Assembly (NCBI GenBank): GCA_019058315.1
Contig: JAHPZH010000001.1
Span: 1 to 64,000 of the forward strand
Reading direction: 5' to 3'
DNA: 64,000 bases
Origin: Candidatus Helarchaeota archaeon
GTDB lineage: Archaea > Asgardarchaeota > Lokiarchaeia > Helarchaeales > RDOG01
Shown: positions 48,662-58,787 of the stretch, piece by piece
How the letters are laid out: each line of letters starts with the position of its first letter
How positions within the stretch are numbered: position 1 is the stretch's first letter
Program-made: the position numbers and the translations under genes
The notes under the pieces: generated by a model
What the model saw: only the letters and a program-made list of their open reading frames with translations
Databases searched by the model: none
What the model was told of the DNA's origin: nothing

Positions 48662-49264
48662 TTGAATTATAACATTTTTTCAACCGAATATGGTGTTTAT
48701 TTGATTGATGTTAAGCTTATTAAAAAATCTGATTCAAAATTCATTAAGGAAATAATTGAATACGGCAAAAAATTCTTTGGTGATGACGTAGAGAAGATAA
48801 AGGCTTGTATCCAGTGCGGAACTTGCACTGGAGGTTGCCCATCTGCCCGTCGGACCGCTTGGAGAACCAGGATGCTATTTAGAAAGTGTCAAATGGGGAT
48901 GAAAGATGAGGCACTTTCTGGAGAAGAGTTATGGGACTGTACAACATGCTATACTTGTCAAGAACGCTGTGTTCGTGGCATTCCAACAACGGATTTAGTT
49001 AGAATAATAAGAAACCTAGCTTTTGCTGAGGGCAAAGGAATTCAAAAGGCACACATTTTCGTAGCAACTTTATTACCAAGATTTGGTCATGCAGTCCCCA
49101 TAAATGATGAAACGAAAGAGGTACGAAAGGAAGTTGGATTAGGTGAATTACCTCCCACAGTTCACAGCTACCCCGAAGGTTTAAAGGAAATTAACAAAAT
49201 AATGGAAGAAACAGGTTTTGATAAAAAAGTAAAAAAGCTGCAAGAGGAAGGTGAGAATAAATAA
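48662..49264 (+). CDS. hdrC: Heterodisulfide reductase subunit C (true start may be the TTG at 48701)
   Basis: CIQCGTCTGGCPS, WDCTTCYTCQERC, GHAVPIN, LPPTVH. Confidence 0.92.
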   Translation: MNYNIFSTEYGVYLIDVKLIKKSDSKFIKEIIEYGKKFFGDDVEKIKACIQCGTCTGGCPSARRTAWRTRMLFRKCQMGMKDEALSGEELWDCTTCYTCQERCVRGIPTTDLVRIIRNLAFAEGKGIQKAHIFVATLLPRFGHAVPINDETKEVRKEVGLGELPPTVHSYPEGLKEINKIMEETGFDKKVKKLQEEGENK

Positions 49265-50151
49265 TGCAAAAATATTCTTATTTTCTGGGTTGTTTAACAC
49301 CGAACCGATATCCTGGTGTAGAAGCTGCGACAATTAAAGTCATGAAGATGTTTGATATTGATCTTATAGAAATGAAAGGGGCATCTTGTTGTCCTGCTCC
49401 AGGAGTATTTGGGTCTTTTGATCTAGATACATGGATGTCTATAGCTGCAAGAAATATATCAATAGCTGAGGAAAGTGGAACTGACATTACAATGACATGT
49501 AATGGGTGTTATGGATCTTTGCAAGAAACTCATCATTTATTAGAAGATCCAATAAAGAAAGAAAAAGTAAATAAAATCCTTGGGAAAATCGGACGCGAAT
49601 ATAAGGGAACATCCAAAGTTCGTCATGTTATTGAACTTTTAGTTGAAGATGTCGGTTTAGATAGAATCCGAGAAGCTGTGGTGCAACCATTAACTGGAAT
49701 AAGAGTAGCAATACATTATGGCTGTCATTTCTTGAAACCCTCTAAAGTGCGTCATCAAGGAAGTGCCGAAACACCACATGTTCTTGATGATATAATGGAA
49801 GCTATAGGTGCAGAATCTATAGATTATAAAGATAGAAATATGTGTTGCGGCGCTGGTGGAGGAGTAAGAGCTGCTTTTAAAGATGTGGCTCTGAGTTTCA
49901 CTAAAGAAAAAATTGATAATATTTTAGAAGCAAAAGGAGACTGTATAACGACCCCCTGTGCTTTCTGTCTATTTCAATTTGATGTGGGACAGAATGAAAT
50001 TAACGAACAATTGAAAACCACATATCAAGTTCCTGTTTTATATTTTACACAATTAATGGGGTTAGCATTTGGATTATCACCAGAAGAATTAGGAATTTTA
50101 CATCATAAAACCCCAGTTCAACCTTTATTAGATAAATTATTAACAATGTGA
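49264..50151 (+). CDS. hdrB: Heterodisulfide reductase subunit B
   Basis: FLGCLTPNRYPG, SCCPAPG, CNGC, HYGCH, CCGAGGGVR, CAFC. Confidence 0.93.
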   Translation: MQKYSYFLGCLTPNRYPGVEAATIKVMKMFDIDLIEMKGASCCPAPGVFGSFDLDTWMSIAARNISIAEESGTDITMTCNGCYGSLQETHHLLEDPIKKEKVNKILGKIGREYKGTSKVRHVIELLVEDVGLDRIREAVVQPLTGIRVAIHYGCHFLKPSKVRHQGSAETPHVLDDIMEAIGAESIDYKDRNMCCGAGGGVRAAFKDVALSFTKEKIDNILEAKGDCITTPCAFCLFQFDVGQNEINEQLKTTYQVPVLYFTQLMGLAFGLSPEELGILHHKTPVQPLLDKLLTM

Positions 50152-50172
50152 TCAAAAAAGGAGAAAGATTTA

Positions 50173-52143
50173 ATGAAAATTGGCGTATATATTTGCGAAT
50201 GTGGAATAAATATTGCTTCTATGGTTGATGTAGAAAAGGTTATGGAATTTGCAAAAGAACTCCCAAATGTTGTGGTATCACGTTGGTATAAATTTATGTG
50301 TAGTGATCCAGGTCAGGACTTAATTCGACAAGATATTGACGAATTAGGATTAGATAGAGTTATTGTTGCTGCTTGTTCACCTAGGATGCATGAACCAACA
50401 TTTCGAGAATTAGTAGAAAAATGTGGTGTGAATCCTTATTGTTTTGAGATGGTAAATATTCGAGAACAAAATTCTTGGGTTCACACAGATAAGGTACAGG
50501 CAACAAAAAAAGCTATGACATTGATAGCAGGCTCTGTAAGTCGTGCAGCATTATTAGAACCGCTTGTTAGAAGTAGAGTGGGAGTTACTCATGAAGCTAT
50601 GGTGATTGGTGGCGGTGTAGCTGGAATTCAAGCTGCATTGGATATTGCTAATAATGGTTATAAAGTTTATTTAGTTGAAAAATCTCCCACTATCGGAGGA
50701 AGAATGGCTCAACTTGATAAGACTTTTCCAACATTAGATTGTTCTGCTTGTATTCTAACTCCAAAAATGTCTAATGTGGGTAGAAATCCGAATATAGAAT
50801 TGCTTACCAATACCGAAGTTGTAAAAGTAGACGGATATGTTGGTAATTTCAAGATTACTATTCGTAAGAATGCTACTTGTGTCATTCCTGATAAATGCAA
50901 TGCCTGTGGTGATTGTGCTGACATTTGTCCTGTAATTGTACCCAATGAATTTGACGTTGGTTTGAGTCCAAGAAAAGCTATATATATTGCTTTTCCTCAA
51001 GCAGTTCCAAATAAATATTTAATTGACCAAAATGCCTGTATTAAATGTGGACTATGTGTCAAATCATGTGAAGCAGAAGCGATCGACCTCAATTTAGAAA
51101 CTGTTGAAGAAACTCTTGAAGTTGGTACAATCGTAATGGCATCTGGTTATGATGTGTTCCAAGCAGAAATAATTGAACCTTATGGATTTGGAAAATATGA
51201 TAATGTTATTAATGGACTTCAAATGGAACGTCTTTTCAGTTCATTTGGACCCACCTTAGGAAAAGTTGTCAAGATATCAAATCCTCATGAGGCACCAGAA
51301 AAAGTTGCATTTATTCATTGTGTTGGGAGTAGAAATTTACAAGAAGGGGCTAAAGAATACTGTTCAAGAGTATGTTGTATGTATTTAATCAAACAAGCAT
51401 TACTGTATAAGGAAAAACACCCAGAAGCAGAAGTCTATCTTTTCTATATGGACATTAGAGCATTTGGAAAGGGATTTGAAGAATTCTATAATAGAGTTCA
51501 ATTACATTCTGGAGTAACATTTGTGAGGGGTCGAGTTGCAGAAATTTATGAAAAAGAAGATAAAACATTAACTATTCGAGCAGAAGATACATTTCTAAGA
51601 CGCCCCGTTGAATTAGACTTTGATATGGTAGTTCTAGGTGTAGGACTAGTTGCCAAGGAAGATTTAACCGAATTAGCAAGATTATTCAACTTATCGCGCA
51701 GTCCTGACGGATTCTTACTGGAAGCACATCCAAAATTACGTCCTAACGACACTTTTACAGATGGGGTCTTTTTGGCAGGTTGTGTTCAAGGTCCAAAAGA
51801 CATTCCTGACACTGTTGCACAAGCTTCTGGTTCCGCAGCAAAGGCATGTGAAATCTTATCAAAAGATGAACTACTCATTGAACCAATCACTTCAATAGTT
51901 AATGAAGATAAATGCCGAGGCTGTGGAATGTGTGTAGAAGTATGTCCTTATACTGCCATTGAGTTAAAAGTTGTAAATAAATTTGGACATCTAGTAACTG
52001 TAGCTTCTGTTAACGAAGCATTGTGTAAAGGTTGTGGATCTTGTAATGCTGCTTGTTTGTCAGGTGCTATTGAACAAAGACATTTTAAAGATAATCAAAT
52101 TCTAGCAATCATTGAAACATTTACTAAGGGTGTTGTAAAATGA
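50173..52143 (+). CDS. hdrA: Heterodisulfide reductase subunit A, canonical 656 aa (Cys form)
   Basis: CECGINI, ACSPRMHE, LDKTFPTLDCSAC, CSRVCCMY, EAHPKLRP. Confidence 0.93.
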   Translation: MKIGVYICECGINIASMVDVEKVMEFAKELPNVVVSRWYKFMCSDPGQDLIRQDIDELGLDRVIVAACSPRMHEPTFRELVEKCGVNPYCFEMVNIREQNSWVHTDKVQATKKAMTLIAGSVSRAALLEPLVRSRVGVTHEAMVIGGGVAGIQAALDIANNGYKVYLVEKSPTIGGRMAQLDKTFPTLDCSACILTPKMSNVGRNPNIELLTNTEVVKVDGYVGNFKITIRKNATCVIPDKCNACGDCADICPVIVPNEFDVGLSPRKAIYIAFPQAVPNKYLIDQNACIKCGLCVKSCEAEAIDLNLETVEETLEVGTIVMASGYDVFQAEIIEPYGFGKYDNVINGLQMERLFSSFGPTLGKVVKISNPHEAPEKVAFIHCVGSRNLQEGAKEYCSRVCCMYLIKQALLYKEKHPEAEVYLFYMDIRAFGKGFEEFYNRVQLHSGVTFVRGRVAEIYEKEDKTLTIRAEDTFLRRPVELDFDMVVLGVGLVAKEDLTELARLFNLSRSPDGFLLEAHPKLRPNDTFTDGVFLAGCVQGPKDIPDTVAQASGSAAKACEILSKDELLIEPITSIVNEDKCRGCGMCVEVCPYTAIELKVVNKFGHLVTVASVNEALCKGCGSCNAACLSGAIEQRHFKDNQILAIIETFTKGVVK

Positions 52144-52592
52144 GTAAGAAAGAAATAGATAAGGATTGGGAACCTAATATTGTTGCTTTTTTATGTAATT
52201 GGTGCTCCTACGCTGGTGCAGACCTAGCAGGAACAAGTAGGGTTAAGTATCCAGCAAATATCAAAATAATCCGAGTAATGTGTTCAAGCCGAATAAATCC
52301 AATGTTCGTTATCAATGCACTCCAACAGGGAGCTGACGGAGTATTAATCTCTGGTTGCCATATTGGAGATTGTCATTATATTTACGGAAATTATTATACA
52401 AGAAGAAGATTTGCTATTTTAAAAGAATTATTAGAATATGTGGGGATAGATCCCAGACGATTTCGCCTATCTTGGGTCTCTGCATCAGAAGGAGTAAGAT
52501 GGGGAGAAGTTGTTTCTGAGGTTGTGAATGAAATTAAAAAAATTGGCCCAATTAAAAAGTTCCAGAGAAAATTGGAGGCAGTACAAAAATGA
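52140..52592 (+). CDS. mvhD: MvhD/FlxD
   Basis: AFLCNWCSYAGAD, GCHIGDCHY. Confidence 0.92.
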   Translation: MSKKEIDKDWEPNIVAFLCNWCSYAGADLAGTSRVKYPANIKIIRVMCSSRINPMFVINALQQGADGVLISGCHIGDCHYIYGNYYTRRRFAILKELLEYVGIDPRRFRLSWVSASEGVRWGEVVSEVVNEIKKIGPIKKFQRKLEAVQK

Positions 52593-53575
52593 ACATTGAC
52601 GAAATGAAAAATTTAATGAAAGATTTATTAAAACGGGACGACGTTAAATATGCTATTGGATATGAAAAAGGAACTTATGGAGCGAGAGTGAGACCCCTTT
52701 TTGCCATTAATCCTGATGATGTTGATAATTTTATTTTAAATCCCTTATGTGTTCCAAACTTAGCAACTTACCTTACAAAGGAAGAAAAATTACCTTTACC
52801 ACGTGGTCAGACAGCAGAAAAAAAGAAGATCCTTATCGTAGCAAAGGGTTGTGATACAAGATCTATTATTAATCTTATTGAAGAGAAGGGTATTGCTAGA
52901 GAGGATGTTATAATATTTGGTGTAGCATGCACAGGTGTTATAGATCTAAAGAAATTAAAAAAATATTTGAAAGGAATTCCAAAAGTCGATGATGTAATTG
53001 AAGAGGGCGAAAAATATATAGTTAAAGCAGGAGATAAATCCTTAGAAATTCCTAAGGATGAAATCATTGCTACAAAATGTTTAACTTGTGAATATCCGAA
53101 TCCTCTTATTTATGACCATCTTGTTGGTGAAATGGTAGAGGATGTTAAAGAGGAAGATTATAAATCGATTGAAGAACTGGAAAATATGTCACAAGAAGAA
53201 CGCTGGGCTTTTTGGGAAGATCAATTTAGTGAATGTATTAGATGCTATGCTTGTCGTAATATTTGTCCTATGTGCTATTGCAAAACATGCAAGGTAGATG
53301 ATCTCAGCCCACAATGGATTAGAAGATCTGTAAATACTTCTGAAAATACAGCTTACCATCTTATGCGTGCATTCCACCTAGCAGGTCGTTGCATTGGTTG
53401 TGGCGAATGTGAGAGAGCTTGTCCAAAAGGAATTCCATTGACAAAATTATACAAAAAATTGAACAAAGAAGTTAAACGAATATTTAATTATGTTGCCGGA
53501 ACAGACGAAAAAGAAATACCAGTTCTGTCATTTTTCAAACCAGAAGATAGTGCAATTGATGAGGATATTCTGTAG
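52589..53575 (+). CDS. flxC: 4Fe-4S protein, FlxC (FdhB/FrhB-like)
   Basis: KGCD, CIRCYACRNICPMCYC, HLAGRCIGCGECERACP. Confidence 0.75.
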   Translation: MNIDEMKNLMKDLLKRDDVKYAIGYEKGTYGARVRPLFAINPDDVDNFILNPLCVPNLATYLTKEEKLPLPRGQTAEKKKILIVAKGCDTRSIINLIEEKGIAREDVIIFGVACTGVIDLKKLKKYLKGIPKVDDVIEEGEKYIVKAGDKSLEIPKDEIIATKCLTCEYPNPLIYDHLVGEMVEDVKEEDYKSIEELENMSQEERWAFWEDQFSECIRCYACRNICPMCYCKTCKVDDLSPQWIRRSVNTSENTAYHLMRAFHLAGRCIGCGECERACPKGIPLTKLYKKLNKEVKRIFNYVAGTDEKEIPVLSFFKPEDSAIDEDIL

Positions 53576-53587
53576 AGGTGTGATAAC

Positions 53588-54619
53588 TTGGAAAATAAAA
53601 TACTCAAAAAGGATAATTTAACCAAATTTTCTGAAGCAATAATGAAAAATCACGTACTATATGCCCCAATTATCAAAAATGAAATACCTCAATTCAAAAT
53701 TATTACAGATCCAAAGAATATATCCTTGGATTTTCAAAATACAATTATGTCCGCCAAAGAAGTTCTATTTAAACAAACAGAAACCATGTATTGCTATACT
53801 TTGAGTGGCGGTGTGGAATTATCTCCCGCAAAGCCATCTGAAAAATCAGTTATACTAGGCATTCGACCATGTGATGCTAAAAGTTTGTCTGTTCTTGATG
53901 AAATTTTTACGAAGGACATTATTGATCCTTATTATAAAGCGAGGAGAGAAAATACGACTCTTATTGGATTAGCGTGTAACGAACCTGGATTAAATTGTTT
54001 CTGCACCTCTGTTAAGGGATCACCCACAGGGACTGAAAATGTTGATATTCTTCTTACTGATTTAGGAGATAAATATTTAGTAGAAGTTTTAACAGAAAAA
54101 GGGCAAAAAATAGCGGATGATACTAAAGGATTACTTCAAAACGCATCATCTACAGATAAAAGTGCAAAAGAAAAACTTCAAAAAGAAGTCTTGGAGAAAT
54201 TTACGCGAAGTGTTGACGTAGATGGTATAGCAGAAAAGATAAAAGAACTTTTCGAAAATGAAATCTGGGAAGATCTTGCAAGAATATGTCTAGGATGCTC
54301 CATTTGCACTTATATGTGTCCTACATGTACGTGTTTTGATGTGCAAGATGAATGTGAAGGAAATGTTGGATGTAGAATTCGAGTTTGGGATAACTGTCAA
54401 AATCCTGAATATTCTTTACATGGATCAGGTCATAATCCTAGACCTGCACGAACAAATCGTGTAAGACATAAAATAGGGCATAAATTTTCATATCTTCCTA
54501 TAACTGCAGATATTTTTGGCTGTGTTGGTTGTGGGCGATGCATCGAAAATTGCCCCGAAAATTGGGATATTATCGATGCAATCGAAAAAATAAAAAAAGT
54601 CAAAGTTAAAGCTGATTAA
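53588..54619 (+). CDS. flxB: 4Fe-4S protein, FlxB/AsrA family
   Basis: GIRPCD, CFCTSV, CLGCSICTYMCPTCTCF, CVGCGRCIENCP. Confidence 0.8.
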   Translation: MENKILKKDNLTKFSEAIMKNHVLYAPIIKNEIPQFKIITDPKNISLDFQNTIMSAKEVLFKQTETMYCYTLSGGVELSPAKPSEKSVILGIRPCDAKSLSVLDEIFTKDIIDPYYKARRENTTLIGLACNEPGLNCFCTSVKGSPTGTENVDILLTDLGDKYLVEVLTEKGQKIADDTKGLLQNASSTDKSAKEKLQKEVLEKFTRSVDVDGIAEKIKELFENEIWEDLARICLGCSICTYMCPTCTCFDVQDECEGNVGCRIRVWDNCQNPEYSLHGSGHNPRPARTNRVRHKIGHKFSYLPITADIFGCVGCGRCIENCPENWDIIDAIEKIKKVKVKAD

Positions 54620-54855
54620 TAATAGAATTTATATCCAACATCTTTTTTTATAAATTAAACACTCATAATAAAAATATGATTAATTTTATTTCTATTTTAA
54701 AAATTCCATTTTCGCCCTTTTAACATAAAATTAAGAGATGGTGTTTCAAAACGTCGTATGGTGGAGATTTACTTAATTTCTTTAATCAATTTATAAATGG
54801 TGAAATACCACTGACTTTTAATTCAAAGAAATTATCGAAGTGGTTTAGAGAAGGA

Positions 54856-55797
54856 ATGAGTTCCATCTATTATTTGATGTTTGGTATAACTTATGAATGT
54901 CAGCTTAACTGCCCTCATTGTTGTGTTGGAAATTATGCAAAAGAAAAACACAGAGAACTTTCAACAAAAGAGATTAAGGATGTCTTGGATCAAGCTTCTA
55001 CAACTTTTATAGTTAATTTCTTTGGTGGAGAACCAACACTGAGACCAGATATAATGGAATTAATAAGTTATGCTTCGAAAAAATCAATATTTGTGTTCTT
55101 AGACACTAATGGGATACGAGTTACAAAAGATTTCGCACGAGAATTGAAAGCTAATGGATTAGAAATGCTTTACGTAAGCATTGATAGCCCTATTCCCGAA
55201 AAACATGATAATCTACGCGGTATGGAAGGATTATTCGAAACTGCTGTTGGAGCTATAAAGAATGCTCTTGATATAGGATTAAAATGTTCTTTATCAACTT
55301 ATATAACAAGGGAAAATCTAAGCAATGGTGAGTTTGAACAAGTGATACAATTGGCAAGAAAACTTGGTGCAACAGGAGTAAGGTATTTATTACCCACACC
55401 TGCTGGTAGATGGTTATATAACGTAGATGTAAGGTTGACACCCAAAGAAGAGAAGAAAGTCTGGGAAATTGTGGAATATCCTTTCGTTTGTAGAGATTTC
55501 TATTTTCAAAATCAAAGTTCAAGCCAATGTAGAGGATTGTCTGAAAAAGCATACCTTTATATTTCTCCCTATGGTGATGTCCAGCCTTGCTGTTTTATAC
55601 CTCTTACATTCGGGAATATAAGAGAAGAACCCCTAAATAAGATCGTTAATAGAATGTGGAGCCACCCGATGTTTAGACATCCTTGTATATATAAAGAATG
55701 TCCAATGCTTAATGATGATTTCAGAAAGAAATATATAGATAAAATTCCCAGAGGCACAAAATTACCATTTAAATTGCATGAAAAAAATAGTTCTTAA
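54856..55797 (+). CDS. Radical SAM/SPASM(Twitch) protein
   Basis: CQLNCPHC, GGEP, VSIDS, C-terminal C...YISPYGDVQPCC...GN. Confidence 0.88.
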   Translation: MSSIYYLMFGITYECQLNCPHCCVGNYAKEKHRELSTKEIKDVLDQASTTFIVNFFGGEPTLRPDIMELISYASKKSIFVFLDTNGIRVTKDFARELKANGLEMLYVSIDSPIPEKHDNLRGMEGLFETAVGAIKNALDIGLKCSLSTYITRENLSNGEFEQVIQLARKLGATGVRYLLPTPAGRWLYNVDVRLTPKEEKKVWEIVEYPFVCRDFYFQNQSSSQCRGLSEKAYLYISPYGDVQPCCFIPLTFGNIREEPLNKIVNRMWSHPMFRHPCIYKECPMLNDDFRKKYIDKIPRGTKLPFKLHEKNSS

Positions 55798-55811
55798 TGG
55801 TGTAAGTTAAT

Positions 55812-57197
55812 TTGGTTATAAAAGTAGGATTTATGCAATTAAGTAGCTGCTGGGGTTGTCATCAATCCTTACTTAACTTACACGAAGAACTTCTTGAAAT
55901 TCTTCCATTAATAGAAATAGTGTATTGGCCAGCTGTTATTGATGTAAAAGAAAAAGATCTTGAAGCTATGCCCAATGATTCCATTGATGTTGGATTTATT
56001 GAAGGGATGATTAGAACAGAACAAGATTTAAATAATGTTAAACTTATTAGAAAAAAATCTAAAATAATTGTAGCTTGGGGAGCTTGTGCTGTCCTTGGTG
56101 GAATTCCAGGACTAGCAAATTTATATGATAAAGATGAATTACTTTCGAGAAAATTTAAAGAATGTGAATCCATTGAAATAACTAAAGGTGTTCCATTAGA
56201 AAATGTGCCTAACATTGAAGAATGTGTTGAATTAGTTAAATCAATTGTAACTGTTGATGCATTTATTCCTGGGTGTCCTCCAAGCCCTGAACAAATTAAA
56301 AGTGCTATTATTTATTTAATTGTCTTATTATCAGATAAGAAATATCCTGGTACTAATGTCTGTAAAGTCTGTGAAATGAGGGGTGATTCCTGCATTTTAA
56401 ATCAAGACATATTATGTTTTGGTCCAATTTCACAAGCAGTTCCTAATTTAAAATGGAAAAAAGATAAAGGAGCATGTTTAGGTGAATATGGATATACAGA
56501 TGTGCCATCAGAACCTGAGGTCCATAAATTAATGGATTTATTAATATCTAAAGTTCAAGACCCCTTGACAGAAAAACAAATCAGCCAATTTAATAAATTC
56601 ATAATTTTATTTTTACGTTTATCAAATTTAGGTTACTTATATTCCCCACACGACCCTATTATGCGAATATCTACAAAAAGAGAAGGTCTTCCTTCAAAAA
56701 AAATAAAAATAAAAAACAAAAATTTTACAATATTTGATTTAAATTTACCAAATTATCCTGAAATTACTAAAAATATTCTTGGTATGATTTTGTATAGATT
56801 AAACGAAGATCCTGGATTTAAGGTTATTTGGAAATCTGTCTGTGCTACATGTCCCCGAGATACCAAAGAAAAACATTTGACAAATATTAAGAGAGATTTT
56901 GAAGGTATTGCTAATCCAGATGATTGCCTTTTAGAACAAGGCTATTTATGTATGGGACCTGCCACACAAGCAGGCTGCGGGGCAATTTGTCCTAAAGCTG
57001 GAGTTCCTTGTTTAGGATGTTATGGTCCTACAGCAAACACTCAAGATATTGGTGCAAAATTCATAAGTGCAATAGGTTCGATTTCAACAGAATTACATCC
57101 AGAGGAAATCTTGAGAAAAATGATCGATCCAGCTGGTCTCGTATATAGATTTCAACTTCCTGCTAGTATTTTACACAAAAAAATAAAGGAGAAATAA
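55812..57197 (+). CDS. mvhG: MvhG/VhuG-like NiFe-hydrogenase small subunit with an internal insertion
   Basis: SSCWGC, EGMIRT, GACAVLGGIPGLAN, PGCPP, CLLEQGYLCMGPATQAGCGAICP...CLGCYGP. Confidence 0.8.
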   Translation: MVIKVGFMQLSSCWGCHQSLLNLHEELLEILPLIEIVYWPAVIDVKEKDLEAMPNDSIDVGFIEGMIRTEQDLNNVKLIRKKSKIIVAWGACAVLGGIPGLANLYDKDELLSRKFKECESIEITKGVPLENVPNIEECVELVKSIVTVDAFIPGCPPSPEQIKSAIIYLIVLLSDKKYPGTNVCKVCEMRGDSCILNQDILCFGPISQAVPNLKWKKDKGACLGEYGYTDVPSEPEVHKLMDLLISKVQDPLTEKQISQFNKFIILFLRLSNLGYLYSPHDPIMRISTKREGLPSKKIKIKNKNFTIFDLNLPNYPEITKNILGMILYRLNEDPGFKVIWKSVCATCPRDTKEKHLTNIKRDFEGIANPDDCLLEQGYLCMGPATQAGCGAICPKAGVPCLGCYGPTANTQDIGAKFISAIGSISTELHPEEILRKMIDPAGLVYRFQLPASILHKKIKEK

Positions 57198-57254
57198 ATT
57201 AAAAAAATTAATCTTATTTTCTTTTCATTATTTCCGTTGAGTATTAGGTTAAAT

Positions 57255-57530
57255 TCAATCAAGTGTTACTTTTTCTATTTTTCCATCTGTAATTTTATAC
57301 TTTTCTAGAGTTAATGCACCTCGATAGCATGCTGCCGCACAGTTTAAACATTCACCCTTCTTTAACACGTACTGCGCACATGCTACTCGATTAACTATTA
57401 GTTCTCCTACACCCCACTCAATAGCTTTGATAGGACATGCATGTACACATGCACGACATTTATGACAAGCCGAAATAAATTTAATTATAGGAGAATAAAA
57501 GATTCCTTCATTCTTTTTCAATATATTCAC
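57255..57530 (-). CDS. 2x[4Fe-4S] ferredoxin
   Basis: CHKCRACVHACP and CAQY...CLNCAAAC. Confidence 0.75.
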   Translation of the reverse strand: MNILKKNEGIFYSPIIKFISACHKCRACVHACPIKAIEWGVGELIVNRVACAQYVLKKGECLNCAAACYRGALTLEKYKITDGKIEKVTLD

Positions 57531-57546
57531 AACGATTAAAAATTCT

Positions 57547-57783
57547 TTATAATTTTGGAAGTAATTTTATCGCATTAAATTTACAGAATTTTTGGCATCT
57601 ACCACATCCAAGACACATTGTTTGATTTATCATCACTTTTTTCATGCTTGGAAGATAAAAAATTGCATTTCTCGGACAAATATTAATGCATTGTTGGCAT
57701 CCCATACATTTAGTAAAATCTACTATCCCATATAATTGGTAATTTAATTTTTGCATTTGCAATTCCCACATTAGAAGAACCAT
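57547..57783 (-). CDS. 2x[4Fe-4S] ferredoxin
   Basis: CMGCQQCINICP and CLGCGRCQKFC. Confidence 0.8.
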   Translation of the reverse strand: MVLLMWELQMQKLNYQLYGIVDFTKCMGCQQCINICPRNAIFYLPSMKKVMINQTMCLGCGRCQKFCKFNAIKLLPKL

Positions 57784-57879
57784 CAGAAAAATCTGAAGAA
57801 ATAGGGTTCCTTTATATAAACGCTGTAAAATTAATTAAAAATCATTAAATTATTCAATTAATTGTGACTAATTTGCTAT

Positions 57880-58737
57880 TTATGTTTTTTTCAAGATTAT
57901 ATCTCCAATCTCTACCCCTAGATCGGTCGCAATAACTGGACATTTTGCCATTAATAGGAAAAAAATATTCTTTTGATTGCTTAAAGCTTCATAATTACCT
58001 TGACCTTTGCTAATAATTATATCAGATTTTCTAACTATTTCTAAAAATTCCTCACCCCAACGTTCTAGACCTGAACCCTCAATTCCAACGTTGACTTTAA
58101 TAAATTCAACATTTGGAAATTTATCAAGTCCTACATATTTAGCATCATCTTGGGTTGCATCATTAAGAATTGGAGCGCCTTTAACAGCAAATTGAATTTT
58201 ATCTATTTTATATTTATCTGAAATAGTTTCTAACAATAATTTATCAAAAACAATTTCTCCCGTATTGTCTAAAATATAAGAAATGCTTTTTGCTTGTTTT
58301 AAAGCTTGAACTAATTCGTTATAATTATTAATTTTTAATGTTTTTTCTAATACTTCTGTTATTGTACTATTTAAATCAAAGTTTGATTTAACACCAAAAT
58401 CTATCACATTACCCGCGATAGCTAATTTTACGGCGGTTAAAAGAGGTTTATCTGAATTTTCCACCATATCTTGTAAACTGGAATATAAATTTAAAGCAAT
58501 ATCATTGTATTTCTTTTTAACTTTTTTATAAGGATCCTTCTCTTTAGTTTCTTTTTTGACAATGGCGTGTACAACGCGAGCAAGTTCAGGTGGAGATTTT
58601 TGCCAATCTAATTTAGCTAGTTCTGCAATTACTTTTCTTAAAATTTTTTCATGTATGACTTCATCATTTGTAACGAATCTAGAGGCTTGAAGAGCTTGTC
58701 TTTGAAAACAAGGAATGCAATCCAGATGTGCTTTCAT
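57880..58737 (-). CDS. DUF89/ARMT1-like damage-control metal-dependent phosphatase
   Basis: DCIPC, DPY, GNVIDFG, DNTGEIVFD, PILNDAT, KGQGNYEAL, AKC. Confidence 0.9.
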   Translation of the reverse strand: MKAHLDCIPCFQRQALQASRFVTNDEVIHEKILRKVIAELAKLDWQKSPPELARVVHAIVKKETKEKDPYKKVKKKYNDIALNLYSSLQDMVENSDKPLLTAVKLAIAGNVIDFGVKSNFDLNSTITEVLEKTLKINNYNELVQALKQAKSISYILDNTGEIVFDKLLLETISDKYKIDKIQFAVKGAPILNDATQDDAKYVGLDKFPNVEFIKVNVGIEGSGLERWGEEFLEIVRKSDIIISKGQGNYEALSNQKNIFFLLMAKCPVIATDLGVEIGDIILKKT

Positions 58738-58787
58738 CTTAATTTCACTCTTTTCATAGATTATTTATAGTAGAATCAAAAATTTTT

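Noticed and set aside
4352-52592. Sec in the MvhD/VhuD copies or other HdrA copies
   Set aside because: All five MvhD domains and the other five HdrA read through with Cys and have no internal TGA
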